A DNA stretch of 63,180 nt, filler included, from a bacterium (GCA_046331705.1; 3 parts of 3 records of this genome joined end to end with filler, not necessarily neighbours in it), one strand, 5' to 3'. Positions 1-11,258 are shown, counted from the whole stretch's first letter. A program made the numbers and translations. The notes: generated from the sequence alone by a model not told the origin.

Positions 1-321
1 GCGCTTGGGATCGCGGATGCGAAAGCGCACCATCGTGCGGCCCAGCTCGGGAAGCCGGCGCAACAACAGGCGCGTGAGCGCGCCGTCGGTGGTGCGCGAG
101 CGGCGCGCGATGTCGAACTGGCCGGCGATGCCGAGGAAGGTACCGATGTTCTCGGGAAAGACCACCAGCGCCGGGTGCGGGAAACGCCCGCCCTCGCGCG
201 CGCCGCGCACGGCATCCACGCGCTCCAGGAGGCCTTCGATCTTGGTGCGAAAGGTCTCTTCGCTGCCGTAGTCCTCGAGCCGCATGAAGGGCTGGACGGC
301 GACGAGATCCGCAGGACGCAT
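1..321 (-). CDS. carbon-nitrogen hydrolase (nitrilase) family protein, N-terminal part (runs off window)
   Basis: Manual translation from ATG 321: MRPADLVAVQPFM...HPALVVFPENIGTF; LVVFPE is the catalytic-Glu motif. Not in the ORF track because it lacks a stop in the window. Confidence 0.7.
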   Translation of the reverse strand, partial: MRPADLVAVQPFMRLEDYGSEETFRTKIEGLLERVDAVRGAREGGRFPHPALVVFPENIGTFLGIAGQFDIARRSRTTDGALTRLLLRRLPELGRTMVRFRIRDPKR

Positions 322-454
322 GACGAGGGATCAGGTACCCCGATGCGGTCCCGCTGACAAGAGGAATTCGCGCGCATCCGCTCGCGCCGGCGGCACCGAG
401 CGTGTAAGAACGGTTTGCGCGGACGGCATCGCGCCCATGCGCGGCGAGGCGAGC

Positions 455-892
455 GTGAGCAGGAACGGACGAACGGGAATCCGAGCCACGTTAGGCGCGT
501 GGCTGTTGCTCGCAGGGCGCGCCCTCGCGCCTGCGGCCGAGCCCACCATCGCACCGATGCCGCCGGCGCCAGCGCAGCTGCTGGACGGCCGAACCTACAT
601 CGGCCACGTCGGCGAGAAAGGAAGATCGTCCGGCGACGAGGACACGCTCCGCTTCGCTGCCGGCCGCTTCCATTCGAGCGCGTGTGACGCGTACGGCTTC
701 GGCGCCGCGCCGTACACCGCCGAGCAGCACGGGGATTCGTTCACGTTCACCGCGGAGACCGTGAGCGAGAAGGAAGGCCACATGCGCTGGACCGGCACGA
801 TCCGCACCCACCAGCTCGAAGGCACGGTCGTGTGGACCAAGCCCGGCCAAACGCCCGTGGAGTACTGGATCAAAGCCGAGCTCACGCACTGA
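455..892 (+). CDS. hypothetical secreted protein
   Basis: GTG start after GAGG; signal-peptide-like N-terminus; high-GC3 codons. Confidence 0.65.
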   Translation: MSRNGRTGIRATLGAWLLLAGRALAPAAEPTIAPMPPAPAQLLDGRTYIGHVGEKGRSSGDEDTLRFAAGRFHSSACDAYGFGAAPYTAEQHGDSFTFTAETVSEKEGHMRWTGTIRTHQLEGTVVWTKPGQTPVEYWIKAELTH

Positions 893-1185
893 CGACCCAC
901 CGCGCCACGCGGTCGTCGACGGCGCTCCGATCGATTCGCGACTCGGCGGATCGCGCGCCCGCGGCCAGCGCCACCGGGGCCACGAGGCGGGCCGATGAAT
1001 TCGCGCCGGACATCGCCGGTGCGCGGTTGACGGTCGCAAGCTCCACCCGCTAGAACGCCTTAGTTTCAGCACGATTCGAGCGTTTGCGCGCGCACCCCAC
1101 AGGTTCGAGGCGAGCCTGCCGGCTGCACACGCGAGACGGGACCGGACCGCCTGGCGCCGGTTCCACCGAGAGGACTGCCCCCACC

Positions 1186-2499
1186 ATGGAACGCGAGATC
1201 CGCAAGGTGGTCGTGTTGGGCGCCAACGGAGCGATGGGCTCGGGTGCCGCAGAGACCTTCGCCGCCTATGGCTATCCCACGGTTCTGCTGGCACGCGACG
1301 CGGCCAAGGCCACGCAGGGCGTCGAGCGCGTCAAGGGGATGGCCAAGGCCGACAAGATCGCCGACCTGTGCTCGGTGGGCAGCTACGACGCGGACCTGGA
1401 AGCCGCGGTCGCCGACGCGGACATCGTCTTCGAGGCGGTGTCCGAGGACATGACGATCAAGCGTCCGTTCTTCGAGCGCGTCGACAAAGCCCGCAAGCCC
1501 GGCTCGATCGTCGCCACGGTTTCCTCCGGTCTCTCGATCCGCGAGATGTGCGCGGGTCTGAGCGACGATTTCCAGCGCCATTTCCTGGGCATCCACCTCT
1601 TCAACCCGCCCAACGTGATCGTCGGCACCGAGGTCATCCCGCACGACGGCACCGATCCCGAGTTGGTGAAGTGGGTGGTCGACTTCTGCCAGAAGAAGCT
1701 CGGCCGCGAGATCGTCGAGTGCAAGGACCTGCCCGCGTTCGCCGGCAACCGCGTGGGCTTCAAGGTGCTGAACGAGGTGGCGCAGCTCGCCGAGGAGCAC
1801 GGTGTGGCGTTCATGGACGCGCTCATCGGCCCGCACACCGGCCGCGCCATGCCGCCGCTCGCCACCGTGGACCTGGTGGGCTGGGACGTCCACAAGGCCA
1901 TCGTCGACAACGTCCTCGCCAACACCCAGGACGAGGCGAACGCCGCCTTCGCCATGCCGGGCTACATGTCGTCGCTGCTCGCCGCCGGGCACATGGGCAA
2001 CAAGACTCCGGCCAAGGGTGGCTTCTTCCGCAAGGTGAAGGACGGCAAGACCACGCTCACCTTCGTGCTCGATCCCAAGTCCGGCGACTACAAGCCCGCC
2101 GCCGAGGTCGCGCCCCAGCCGCTCGAGTTCGTGACCGAGATGCAGCGGCTGCACCGCGTGGGTCGCTATCGGCAGGCGATGCAGATCTTCCTGAGCGCCG
2201 AGGGCTGGGAAGCGGACCTCATGCGCAAGGTGATCCTCGGTTATGTTTCGTACGGCTTGAATCGCGTGGGCGAGGTGGTGCGCGAGCCGCGCGACGTGGA
2301 TCGCATCATGGGCTTCGGCTTCAACTGGGCGCCGCCCACGGTCCTCGCAGACGCCATGGGCGTGAGCGAGACCATCGCGGCGATCGAGAAGGCCGGGTTG
2401 CCCGTGCCGAAGGTGCTCACGGATCACGCCGCCGCGGGTGGCGGCAAGCTCTTCCGCGAGAAGTTCGTGGACGTCGGTCGTTTCTTCGTCGGATCGTGA
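1186..2499 (+). CDS. 3-hydroxyacyl-CoA dehydrogenase family protein
   Basis: Rossmann VVVLGANGAMG, EAVSED, GIHLFNP, AFAGNR and DLVGWD motifs; AGGA upstream. Confidence 0.92.
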   Translation: MEREIRKVVVLGANGAMGSGAAETFAAYGYPTVLLARDAAKATQGVERVKGMAKADKIADLCSVGSYDADLEAAVADADIVFEAVSEDMTIKRPFFERVDKARKPGSIVATVSSGLSIREMCAGLSDDFQRHFLGIHLFNPPNVIVGTEVIPHDGTDPELVKWVVDFCQKKLGREIVECKDLPAFAGNRVGFKVLNEVAQLAEEHGVAFMDALIGPHTGRAMPPLATVDLVGWDVHKAIVDNVLANTQDEANAAFAMPGYMSSLLAAGHMGNKTPAKGGFFRKVKDGKTTLTFVLDPKSGDYKPAAEVAPQPLEFVTEMQRLHRVGRYRQAMQIFLSAEGWEADLMRKVILGYVSYGLNRVGEVVREPRDVDRIMGFGFNWAPPTVLADAMGVSETIAAIEKAGLPVPKVLTDHAAAGGGKLFREKFVDVGRFFVGS

Positions 2500-2549
2500 A
2501 TCGAAACGTCGGGGCGCGGCCTGCCGCCGCCCGGAGGACGAGGTGACAC

Positions 2550-3779
2550 ATGCCTGAGCCCGTATACGTACTCGGTGGCTACCAGACCGACTTCGCACGC
2601 AACTGGACGAAGGAGGGCAAGCACATCACGGCCATGATCCGCGAAGCCGTGGAAGGTGCCTTGGTGGAGACCGAGATCGATCCGAAAGAGGTCCAGGTCG
2701 GCCACGTCGGCAACTTCGCCGCCGAGCTCTACTCGATGCAGGGTCACCTCGGTGCGTTCCTGGTGGACGTCGATCCCGCGTTCTCGGGGCTGCCCACGGG
2801 CCGCCACGAGGCGGCGTGCGCCTCGGGCTCGATCGCGCTGCTCGCGGCCTCGGCCGAGATCGAGGCCAAGCGCTACGGGCTCTCGATGGTCGTGGGCGTC
2901 GAGCAGATGAAGACGGTCGATCCCAAGACCGGCGGCGACTACCTCGGCACCGCGGCTTGGTACGAGCTCGAGGCCAAGGGCGTCGAGTTCCCCTTCCCCA
3001 AGCTCTTCGGGAAGCTCGGCGACGAGTACGACAAGCGCTACGGCCTCAAGGACGAGCACCTCGCGCACATCTCGGCGGTCAACTACGCCAACGGCAAGAA
3101 GAATCCGCTGGCGCAGACCCGCAACTGGTACATGAGCGAGGAGCACGCCAACTACAAGGGCAAGTACAACGACACCATCGGCGGCCGCATCAAGATCACC
3201 GATTGCTCGCAGGTGACCGACGGCGCCGTGTGCGTGTTCCTGGCCAACAAGAAGACCGCCACCGAGTACGCGGCGCGCCGCGGCCTCGACCTGGCGAAGA
3301 TTCCCCGCATCCTCGGCTGGGGCCACCACACCGCGCCGATCCGCTTCGACGACAAGGTCGCGGAGAGCGCCGACAACCGCTACGTGCTGCCCCACACCCG
3401 CCAGGCCATCCTTGACGCGATGAAGCGCGCGCGCATCAAGAAGTGCTGGGAGCTCTCGGCCATCGAGACCCACGACTGCTTCACCACCTCCGAGTACATG
3501 GCGATCGACCACTTCGGCCTCACCAAGCCGGGCAAGAGCTGGCAGGCGATCGAGGAAGGCGTGATCGACTTCGGCGGCAAGCTACCGATCAATCCGAGCG
3601 GCGGCTTGATCGGCGCCGGCCACCCGGTGGGCGCCACCGGTGTCCGCCAGATGCTCGACGCCTACAAGCAGGTGACCGAGAAGGCCGGCGATTACCAGGT
3701 GGCGGGTGCCCAGAAGGTCGCCATCCTCAACATCGGCGGTTCCGGCACCACGAGCTGCGTGTTCATCGTCGGGACCTGA
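2550..3779 (+). CDS. thiolase, SCP2-type (acetyl-CoA acetyltransferase)
   Basis: EAACASG, HDCF and GHPVGATG motifs; GAGGTG RBS. Confidence 0.93.
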   Translation: MPEPVYVLGGYQTDFARNWTKEGKHITAMIREAVEGALVETEIDPKEVQVGHVGNFAAELYSMQGHLGAFLVDVDPAFSGLPTGRHEAACASGSIALLAASAEIEAKRYGLSMVVGVEQMKTVDPKTGGDYLGTAAWYELEAKGVEFPFPKLFGKLGDEYDKRYGLKDEHLAHISAVNYANGKKNPLAQTRNWYMSEEHANYKGKYNDTIGGRIKITDCSQVTDGAVCVFLANKKTATEYAARRGLDLAKIPRILGWGHHTAPIRFDDKVAESADNRYVLPHTRQAILDAMKRARIKKCWELSAIETHDCFTTSEYMAIDHFGLTKPGKSWQAIEEGVIDFGGKLPINPSGGLIGAGHPVGATGVRQMLDAYKQVTEKAGDYQVAGAQKVAILNIGGSGTTSCVFIVGT

Positions 3780-3825
3780 TCGCTCGCGATCGCGCCCCGG
3801 GCCGCCGAGCGATCGGTGGCCCCGA

Positions 3826-3858
3826 CGAAAGCCCGAGGAGATCCTCCTCGGGCTTTCG
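3826..3858 (+). terminator. 15-bp-stem hairpin after the thiolase (terminator or REP-like)
   Basis: CGAAAGCCCGAGGAG-atc-CTCCTCGGGCTTTCG perfect inverted repeat. Confidence 0.6.
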
Positions 3859-3989
3859 CGCTCCCGGTGACGATCCGCGAACGCCCTGCCGGCGTACGGA
3901 TGCTCGCGGCGGTGCGTCTTGGGGGCCGAGCTGGCGCGGCGTAGCCTGGTACGTACGTCTGCTGCGTACGTCGTCGCCCGGGGGGACGC

Positions 3990-4214
3990 ATGCCTGTCAC
4001 GCCGACACGGCTACGAGCCGATCTCTACCGGATCCTCGACCGCATCCTGGAAACCGGGGATCCGATCGAAATCGAGCACAAGGGCAAACGCCTCGAGAGC
4101 GTGCCCGTCGCTCCGGCCTCGAAGCTCGCGAACCTGGTCCCACGACCCGCAGCGATCCGCGGCGATCCCGACGAGCTCGTGCACCCCGACTGGTCGCACG
4201 AGTGGAAGCCGTGA
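3990..4214 (+). CDS. Phd/YefM-family antitoxin
   Basis: TPTRLRADLYRILDRILETGDPIEIEHKG; its stop overlaps the toxin start (GTGA). Confidence 0.85.
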   Translation: MPVTPTRLRADLYRILDRILETGDPIEIEHKGKRLESVPVAPASKLANLVPRPAAIRGDPDELVHPDWSHEWKP

Positions 4215-4491
4215 TCCACCTCGACACCCACGTCGTGGCATGGCTGTGGGCCGGTGATCTGAAACGTCTGAAGCCGGTAACTGCGACGCTCGACCGCGAG
4301 GACTTGGTGGTCTCGCCCATGGCGGTGCTCGAGCTGCAATACCTGCACGAGATCGGGCGATTGGCCGATCCAGCGCACTCGATCATGACCGATCTGGTCG
4401 CTCGGCTCGGTCTCAGGACATCCGACGCTCGGTTCTCGCGCATCGTCAGAGCGTCGCTCGCGCTCGATTGGACGCACGACCCGTTCGATCA
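4211..4491 (+). pseudogene. vapC: VapC/PIN toxin truncated at the 3' end
   Basis: IHLDTHVVAW...SPMAVLELQYL...WTHDPFD; homology then stops and the frame runs antisense into the next gene. Confidence 0.8.
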
Positions 4492-5178
4492 GCGCAGCTC
4501 GCGGCGGGTGGCGGAGGGAACCACGCCCACCCACCGAAAGAGCTCCTCGGGGGTGAGCGGGTCGCGCCCGGCCAGGAAGTCGTCGAGCAGCGGAAGCGAA
4601 TCCACGCCCCAGAAGAGCTCGCCGCCGACGACCATCGAGGGCACGCCGAAGGCGCCTGCGCCGAGCGCTTCCTCGGTCGCGGCGCGCAGCCGCGCCTTCG
4701 CCTCCTCGGTGCTCGCTTGCGCCACGAGCGCGTCGCCGTCGAAGCCGACGCTCGCGGCGATGCTCGCCACCTTCGCCGGTGAATCGATCCCGCCGCCGCC
4801 CGCCCAGGTGGCCGCGAAGAACGCGTCGATCAGCCGCCGCTTTGCCAGCGCATCGGTCGGCAGCGCCGACACGCGCAGCGCGAGCAAAGGATTGAACGGA
4901 TGAGTCGGCGGCGGCGTGAGCGGCGGTAGCCCGAAACGATGCGCCTTGCGGTACGCGTCCTTGAAGACGTAGAGCCGCTTCGCAGGGATCTCCGCCGGGC
5001 CCTTCTGCCCGTGCTCGCCGAGCAAGGCCGCGAACAGCACCGGGTGTGGCGCCACCGCGCGCCCGTGCCGCTCGGCAAGCGCGTGGATCTGCGTCCACGC
5101 GATGTACGCGTAGGGCGAGAGGTAGTCGAAGAAGAATCGGATCGGGTCGCGGTCGTCGCTGGCGGCGGTGCTGCTCAT
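4489..5178 (-). CDS. 2-hydroxychromene-2-carboxylate isomerase / GST-kappa (DsbA family)
   Basis: FFFDYLSPYAY, GAFGVPS and LFWGVD motifs. Confidence 0.9.
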   Translation of the reverse strand: MSSTAASDDRDPIRFFFDYLSPYAYIAWTQIHALAERHGRAVAPHPVLFAALLGEHGQKGPAEIPAKRLYVFKDAYRKAHRFGLPPLTPPPTHPFNPLLALRVSALPTDALAKRRLIDAFFAATWAGGGGIDSPAKVASIAASVGFDGDALVAQASTEEAKARLRAATEEALGAGAFGVPSMVVGGELFWGVDSLPLLDDFLAGRDPLTPEELFRWVGVVPSATRRELR

Positions 5179-5273
5179 GCGGGCGTCTCCTCGGAATGCG
5201 CGCGATGCGCCCGGCGGGATACACCGAGTCGACGCTCGTTGCCGACGATCGGCTTGCCGCGCCCGCAACGCGA

Positions 5274-5303
5274 CGAAGCCCGAGGGCTTCCCCTCGGGCT
5301 TCG
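5274..5303 (-). terminator. 13-bp-stem hairpin after the MCP gene
   Basis: CGAAGCCCGAGGG-cttc-CCCTCGGGCTTCG; arms nearly identical to the 3826 hairpin. Confidence 0.55.
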
Positions 5304-5361
5304 CTGGAACGATCGGCTCGCCGCGCGAGTCGATCCGCTCGTCGCACCGAACGCGGGTCGA

Positions 5362-7119
5362 TCAGGCGCTCCCCCAGGTGGTGGAATGCGGCGTGACCTG
5401 GACATGACCGCCGTGCGCCAGGTCGTGGACGCCGTTTCCACGGCCGTTACCCGCGTGCGCACCGTTGCCGCGCCGCACGGGAGCGGGCGCGTTCACCGCG
5501 CCGTTGACCTTGAAGCGGCTCACGATCGCCTGCAGCTCCGCCGACATCCGCGCCAGCTCGCTCGCGGCCTCTTGGCTGTGCTGCGCGCCGCTCGACGTGC
5601 TCTGCGCGGCGGTCGCCACACCGGTGATGTTCTGCGCGATGTCGCCCGAGCCCTTCGCCGCCTCGCCGACGTTGCGACCGATCTCGGAGGTGGTGGCTGC
5701 TTGCTCCTCGACGGCGCTGGCGATCGTCCCGTTGATGTCCGTGATCCGCTTGACCACGCCGCTGATCTGCCCGATCGCGGCGACGGCTCCCTGCGTGCCG
5801 GACTGGATCAGCTCGATCTTGTGCGCCACGTCCTCGGTGGCCTTGGCGGTGCCCTTGGCGAGCTCCTTCACCTCGTTGGCAACCACGGCGAAACCCTTGC
5901 CGGCATCGCCGGCGCGCGCCGCCTCGATCGTGGCGTTGAGCGACAGCAAGTTGGTCTGCTCGGCGATCGAGGTGATGACCTTCAGGATCTTGCCGATCTC
6001 CGCCGACGACTCGTCGAGCTTGAGGATCGTGCCGTTGGCCTCGTCGGCCACCTGCATCGCCTCCTCGGCGACCTTCGCGGCCTGGGACGCTTCGCGAGCG
6101 ATCTCGCGGATCGACGCTCCCATCTCCTCGGTCGCGCTCGCGACCGTGGTCACGTTGTGGGACACCTGATTCGCCGCCGCCGACACCGTGCCGGCTTGGG
6201 CGCTGGTTTCCTCGGCGTTGGCCCCCATCTGCGTGGCTACCGCGGAGAGCTCCTCGGAAGCGGAGGCCAGCGTCTGCACGTTGTGCGTGATCGCGACGAT
6301 GCTTTCCTCCACGGCGCCGAGCGCGTGGTTGAGCGCCGTGGCCAAGCGACCCACCTCGTCCATGCCGGTGATCGGCACGCGGCGTGTGAGGTCACCGTGA
6401 CCAAACGCCTCGACCACCTCGACGGCGTGACCGAGCGGTTTCGTGACCGCGCGCGACGAGAGAAAGCCCAGGATCATCGCCAAGACCGCCGCGCCCGCGA
6501 GCAACACCGAGACTTCGATGATCGCTTGCCGTGCCTCGGCGACATCGTCGTTCACGCGCTGTTCTGCCGCGCGCTCCATGGCCTCGCGAAGTTTTCCGAC
6601 CGCGTCCAACACCGCATCCCCTGCGCGCGCGAGCTCGGTCCGCACGTATTCCAAGGCGCGGGATGAACCTTCGCTGCTCGTGTCCTTGCTGTACTCGGTC
6701 GCGCGATCACGTACGGGCACGTACGCACCCCGCGCTTCGACGAACGTCTTCCAAGCGGCCTTCGACGCATCGTCGGAAAGCGCGGCCTCGACGGTCTTCC
6801 GGAACTCGGCGTTGCGCTCGAGATTCGTCTGAATCCGCTGAAGGATGGCGCGCTTCGCGCCTTCCTCGTTGCTGATGGCCAGGTCACGCAAGAGCGTCTG
6901 CGTGACTGAATAGGTCATCGCAAGGTCGCCAGCCGCCTCGCTGGGCTTGAGGCTCGTGGCGAGCAGGTCGAACGTCGTGTCTTGGAGCTGGTGAATCTGC
7001 CGAATCGCCACTGCAGCCACGCCGCACGCGAGTAGCACGACGATCGAGAATCCCCCCAGCAGCTTCTTCTGAATCCCCAGGTTCGCAATCCAACTCGTGA
7101 GCTTCGCCTCTTCTTTCAT
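5362..7119 (-). CDS. methyl-accepting chemotaxis protein (four-helix sensor, HAMP, signalling domain)
   Basis: Two TM segments, HAMP (DEVGRLA) and [37 protein letters not shown]. Confidence 0.96.
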   Translation of the reverse strand: MKEEAKLTSWIANLGIQKKLLGGFSIVVLLACGVAAVAIRQIHQLQDTTFDLLATSLKPSEAAGDLAMTYSVTQTLLRDLAISNEEGAKRAILQRIQTNLERNAEFRKTVEAALSDDASKAAWKTFVEARGAYVPVRDRATEYSKDTSSEGSSRALEYVRTELARAGDAVLDAVGKLREAMERAAEQRVNDDVAEARQAIIEVSVLLAGAAVLAMILGFLSSRAVTKPLGHAVEVVEAFGHGDLTRRVPITGMDEVGRLATALNHALGAVEESIVAITHNVQTLASASEELSAVATQMGANAEETSAQAGTVSAAANQVSHNVTTVASATEEMGASIREIAREASQAAKVAEEAMQVADEANGTILKLDESSAEIGKILKVITSIAEQTNLLSLNATIEAARAGDAGKGFAVVANEVKELAKGTAKATEDVAHKIELIQSGTQGAVAAIGQISGVVKRITDINGTIASAVEEQAATTSEIGRNVGEAAKGSGDIAQNITGVATAAQSTSSGAQHSQEAASELARMSAELQAIVSRFKVNGAVNAPAPVRRGNGAHAGNGRGNGVHDLAHGGHVQVTPHSTTWGSA

Positions 7120-7495
7120 CTCGTTCTCCGCTGTGCTGGTGACGGGACGGGCTCGCGGTCCGAGCCCGTGGCGGTGGTCGAATGTCGGGACAGTCGCTGG
7201 GCGACTGTCGGTCTCGAATCAGCAATCCCAGTGCCGAATCACGGTGCAGCACAACTCGCAGACTCGGATTGGATTCTCTTCAACGGACACGAGACTCAAG
7301 GCAGAAAGTGCCGAGACTCGGTGCGAACTGGGCGTCATCGACGCGCACCTCGGGAGCCGACCGAGCCCCGAACGGATCTCGATTCCGCGCTCGCGCGCGC
7401 GACGAACGTCACGGACCACGTCGGTGACTCGCTCGGCTCGTTCGCCATGGTCGAGATGCCCAGCTCGGGAAACGCTCGGCGCTCGGATGCAGCAC

Positions 7496-8932
7496 TCAGA
7501 ACTGCGCCTGCAGCCGGGTGAGCAGCGCGTTCTCGGTCTCCCGGTTGCCGCCCTTCGCGCCCCCGCGGAACTCGGTGCGATTGAAGTCGAGCGCCGCCTT
7601 GAAGATCCGTGTGAGGTGCCAGTTGCAGCCGACGCCCCACTCGCGCGCTTCGCGGGCGGCCTTCGCGGGATCGGCGAACGTCGGAAACGCTTCGTCAGCG
7701 ACGGTGAGCTCGTCGTAGCGGGCCACCAGCTCGAGCGCGCCCCAATGAGACTCGCTGGGATCGAACGGCGCTGCTGGCTGAACGCCCTTGAACGATGCCT
7801 TCTCGCCGGTCACGACGTACGCGACGGTGACCGACCAGGCATCGGCGTCCACCTTCGCCTTGCTCGCCGCGAGCTTCACTTCCTGGGTGGATCGCACGTA
7901 CTCGGCGAGCACGCTTCCCGGCCCCCACGCCCAATAGAGCTGCGGTGTGAAACGATTGCGCTCGCCAGCGGCGTAAGCCGTGCCGGCGGCCGTGGCGGCG
8001 CTGGTCGCCGTGGCATCGCTGCGATAGCGGAAGAACGTGTTCTGACCGAAGCTCTTGTAGCTCGGCAGATTCGGGCTCGTGAGCGAGCCGTGCTGGCTGC
8101 CGAACGATCCCGCGATGCCGAGGTTGAAGTCCTGGAGCGCGGCGATGTCGGTCTTCTTGAACGGCGTGGCGTAGATCCGTGCCGCGACGTCCTTGTCGTC
8201 GAGCGACTCGACGTCCGCGCTCGCGCCGTCGGCAACGCCGTTGAAGACGCCCACCTGGTAGCTCACGACGCCGGCGATCTCGCCGAATAGCTGCGCACCC
8301 ACGTCCCGGTTCGGCACCAACGCCGTGGGCAGCGCGGGCTCGACGAAGAGCGTGTAGGTATCCGCTTGCAGACGCTCGAGGCCCACCGGCGCCTTGAACT
8401 TGCCGGTTCGCAACGCGAGCTCCGCGAGCGGCTTGATGTCGGCGTAGGCGTCTTGAATGACGGCCGTGCCGCCACCGAAATCGGGGACCAGCTTGAACTC
8501 GAAGTATTTGTAGACCGTCCCCTCGACGATCGGTCGCGCGCGGCGCACGAGGAGCGTCGTCGCGAGCGGGGTCTCGTCGTCGTCGACGAACACCCGGACG
8601 TCGGTCTGAACGAGGCCGCTCAGCTTGAGGGCGAACGCGCCGTCGGCGGACTTGAGCGAGAACCCATCCTTCGCGTTGGCCGTGACGATCACCGCGTCCG
8701 CCTTCTTGGCGTCGGCTTCCTTGTCACGATCGCGCAGCTGCTCGAGCGCCTTCACGCGCCGCTCGAGCTCGTCGACGGCGCCAGCCGCGGACGACGTCGG
8801 CGCTGCGGAAACGGCACTCGTCGCCGACGCGTCGCCACCCGCGCCTTGCGCCGAGTCGGCGAGGGCGGGACTCCGAGCAACCAAGACCGCCAGGACGGCG
8901 AGCCACGGCAAGCTGCGAGAGCGGGGGATCAT
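7496..8932 (-). CDS. OprO/OprP-family anion-selective porin
   Basis: Signal peptide plus coiled coil; RRARP, GKFKAPVGLE, NRDVG and GALELVARY motifs; C-terminal Phe. Confidence 0.88.
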   Translation of the reverse strand: MIPRSRSLPWLAVLAVLVARSPALADSAQGAGGDASATSAVSAAPTSSAAGAVDELERRVKALEQLRDRDKEADAKKADAVIVTANAKDGFSLKSADGAFALKLSGLVQTDVRVFVDDDETPLATTLLVRRARPIVEGTVYKYFEFKLVPDFGGGTAVIQDAYADIKPLAELALRTGKFKAPVGLERLQADTYTLFVEPALPTALVPNRDVGAQLFGEIAGVVSYQVGVFNGVADGASADVESLDDKDVAARIYATPFKKTDIAALQDFNLGIAGSFGSQHGSLTSPNLPSYKSFGQNTFFRYRSDATATSAATAAGTAYAAGERNRFTPQLYWAWGPGSVLAEYVRSTQEVKLAASKAKVDADAWSVTVAYVVTGEKASFKGVQPAAPFDPSESHWGALELVARYDELTVADEAFPTFADPAKAAREAREWGVGCNWHLTRIFKAALDFNRTEFRGGAKGGNRETENALLTRLQAQF

Positions 8933-9231
8933 CGAGCATCTCCTTCGGTGACGGCGTGGTATCGGCGGGCGGTACGCGACGAGCGCGCTTCCACCTCGAG
9001 ACGACTCCGACTCGCGATCCTTCCGCGAGCTAAGTCATCCGCGTCCGAGCAATGCCCGTGCCGCGCGGCCGACGCACGCGCGACGCGAATTGGTGAACGA
9101 TTCCGATGCGCGCCGCGCGCGCGCTTGCCGTGCAGCCGCTGGGACATCGGCAAGATCTGCCGGGTCGCGCCCGTCACGCGCGCCGCCAGACCGGGATCGC
9201 GCCGCGTCCGCCTCTATCCCGAGGGGGCCGA

Positions 9232-10629
9232 GTGAGTCAGAATCGCGCCGTGCGCGCCCACGCGGACTCCCCCCGTCACGTCGCCCGCTGGGGCGCGGCG
9301 ATGCTGTGCGTTGCCGTGCTCGGCGCCGCGCCGAGCGCGGCCGGCGAGGTCGGGCCTCCGGCGGCGAAGACGCTGCACCGTGTCCCCGATCCCGTGATCG
9401 TCTCCGGCGGAGCGCTCACGGGCCTCGCTGGCCAGAAGCTCGATCGTCTCGGGCTCTTCGCGCTCGGCGCTGCAGGAACGCTGGTACCCATCCCGTTTCA
9501 GATCGACGAGAAGACCGCCGACGGCACGAGCTACGTCTACGCGGCGGGAAAGGAAGCGAACGCGTCGCAGGCCAAGGGCGCGCTGGGCGCTCACGACGAG
9601 CTGGTCTTCCTCGCGGGCGATAGCGGCGGCCGTCTCGCCCCCGGCGGGACATGGCCCGCCACCGCCGAGCGCGGTACCGAGATCGAGGTACGCGATCCCG
9701 TCGACGGCGGTGTGGGCTGGACGTATCTCTTCGCGTTCGCGAGCGCGCCGCCCAAGAGCGACTCCCGCTACGTCCAGTACGACCGGGCGCGCGACGTCAT
9801 CGAGGCGCGGAGCTACTCGCTCGGCTACACGCCCGGCCACGACCGCGTCTATTTCTCGAGCGCCTCGGTTCCCACGAGCGCGGGAGGGACCGGCGCCAAC
9901 TTCGTCGATCGGCTGAAGCTACGCACCTACGTGAAGACGCTGCTCTGGTTCTCGGTGAGCTTCGACGAGGACGAGTGGGACGACGAGGTCACCGCGTACC
10001 TCCAGGGGCCGATTCGCGTGATCCGCCAGGAGCGCAATCGACTCACCTTCGCCGGGATCGAGGTCGCGCCCACGTTGCTGGTCGACGCGATGTACTTCCC
10101 GGATTTCCACCTGGCCCCGGTGCAGGTCGACCAGACCATCCACTTCCCGAGCTTCGCCCACGAGGCGTGGTTCAAGCTCGCGATGGATTGGAACGCGAGC
10201 GCCAAGGGGATGCGTTACTACCGGCCGCGAGTCGGCTCCGCGCCGGGCGTCCCCGATGCGTGGCACACCATCGACGGCGTCACCACCGCGGATGAGCGCG
10301 GTCTCGACGACCAGCAGCCGGATTGGCATCTGGTGACGGGCACGCCGGGCACGTTCCTGTGGTGGGTCGAGATGCCGCCGCCGCTGGTGCCGGTCACGCA
10401 CCTCACCTACACCGACGACGCAGCGACCGCCGACCCTCCCGAGAGCACCCCCGGCTCGCTGGGCGAGATCGCATACAAGTTCGACCTCTTTCCGCTCGAG
10501 ATGGGCACCTACCACATGCGCCTCTACTACATGTTTCCGCCGCGCTGGGAACCCGGCGCCGAGAAGCCGTGGATCGACATGATCAAGCGGCCCGTCACCA
10601 CCACGGTGCAAGCGCTCACGCGCTCGTGA
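9232..10629 (+). CDS. hypothetical secreted protein (start uncertain, 9232 or 9301)
   Basis: Long ORF with high GC3, signal-peptide-like segment, IPFQIDE motif. Confidence 0.75.
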   Translation: MSQNRAVRAHADSPRHVARWGAAMLCVAVLGAAPSAAGEVGPPAAKTLHRVPDPVIVSGGALTGLAGQKLDRLGLFALGAAGTLVPIPFQIDEKTADGTSYVYAAGKEANASQAKGALGAHDELVFLAGDSGGRLAPGGTWPATAERGTEIEVRDPVDGGVGWTYLFAFASAPPKSDSRYVQYDRARDVIEARSYSLGYTPGHDRVYFSSASVPTSAGGTGANFVDRLKLRTYVKTLLWFSVSFDEDEWDDEVTAYLQGPIRVIRQERNRLTFAGIEVAPTLLVDAMYFPDFHLAPVQVDQTIHFPSFAHEAWFKLAMDWNASAKGMRYYRPRVGSAPGVPDAWHTIDGVTTADERGLDDQQPDWHLVTGTPGTFLWWVEMPPPLVPVTHLTYTDDAATADPPESTPGSLGEIAYKFDLFPLEMGTYHMRLYYMFPPRWEPGAEKPWIDMIKRPVTTTVQALTRS

Positions 10630-10670
10630 GCTGCGTTCGCCGCGGGGCGGATCGGGCGAAGGACGACACC

Positions 10671-11258
10671 ATGGGCACGCTGCTTCGAGTGGCCGTCGGC
10701 CTGCTGGTCGCATTCGCGCTCGGCTGCGAGCCACCGCGCTCCGCGAAGCCGATCGGCGCACCTGCTCCCTTCGACAAGCGCCTTTCGGGCGTGTGGTCGG
10801 CGCGTCTCGGCGGCGGGAGCGACGCGCTCCTCGAGATCGCTCCGCACGCGGGCGGCGCCGATTTTCTCCTGGTCGGCACCGACGAATCCGGTCTCATCCC
10901 GCTCCACTTCGACCTCACCCCCGGCGAGGTCGGCGGCGTTCACTATTGGAATCTGCGGGAAAAGCGGATGGCCGGCTGGTTCTCGGAGAAATTCGATCTC
11001 GGCGCCGACTACGTCTTCGTGAAGTGGCAGCTCGGCAAGAGCGGCAAACTCACGCTCTGGTACATGGACGACGAGCCCGCCAAACGAGCGATCGAGGCCG
11101 GAACGCTGGCGGGCACCACGGGACCGGATTTCGTGCGCATCACCGACGAGCCCGCGAAGATCCTCGAGATGGCGGCGAAAGCCGATCCCCAGAAGCTCTG
11201 GACGAAGCTCGCCACCTTCCACCGCGCCAAGATCACGTTCCCCCGCACCCCGCCCTGA
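10671..11258 (+). CDS. hypothetical lipoprotein
   Basis: AAGGA RBS; MGTLLRVAVGLLVAFALG-C lipobox-like. Confidence 0.75.
   Translation: MGTLLRVAVGLLVAFALGCEPPRSAKPIGAPAPFDKRLSGVWSARLGGGSDALLEIAPHAGGADFLLVGTDESGLIPLHFDLTPGEVGGVHYWNLREKRMAGWFSEKFDLGADYVFVKWQLGKSGKLTLWYMDDEPAKRAIEAGTLAGTTGPDFVRITDEPAKILEMAAKADPQKLWTKLATFHRAKITFPRTPP

Noticed and set aside
7147-7209. Two short hairpins in the MCP leader
   Set aside because: 9-bp GC-rich stems are common here; no known motif.
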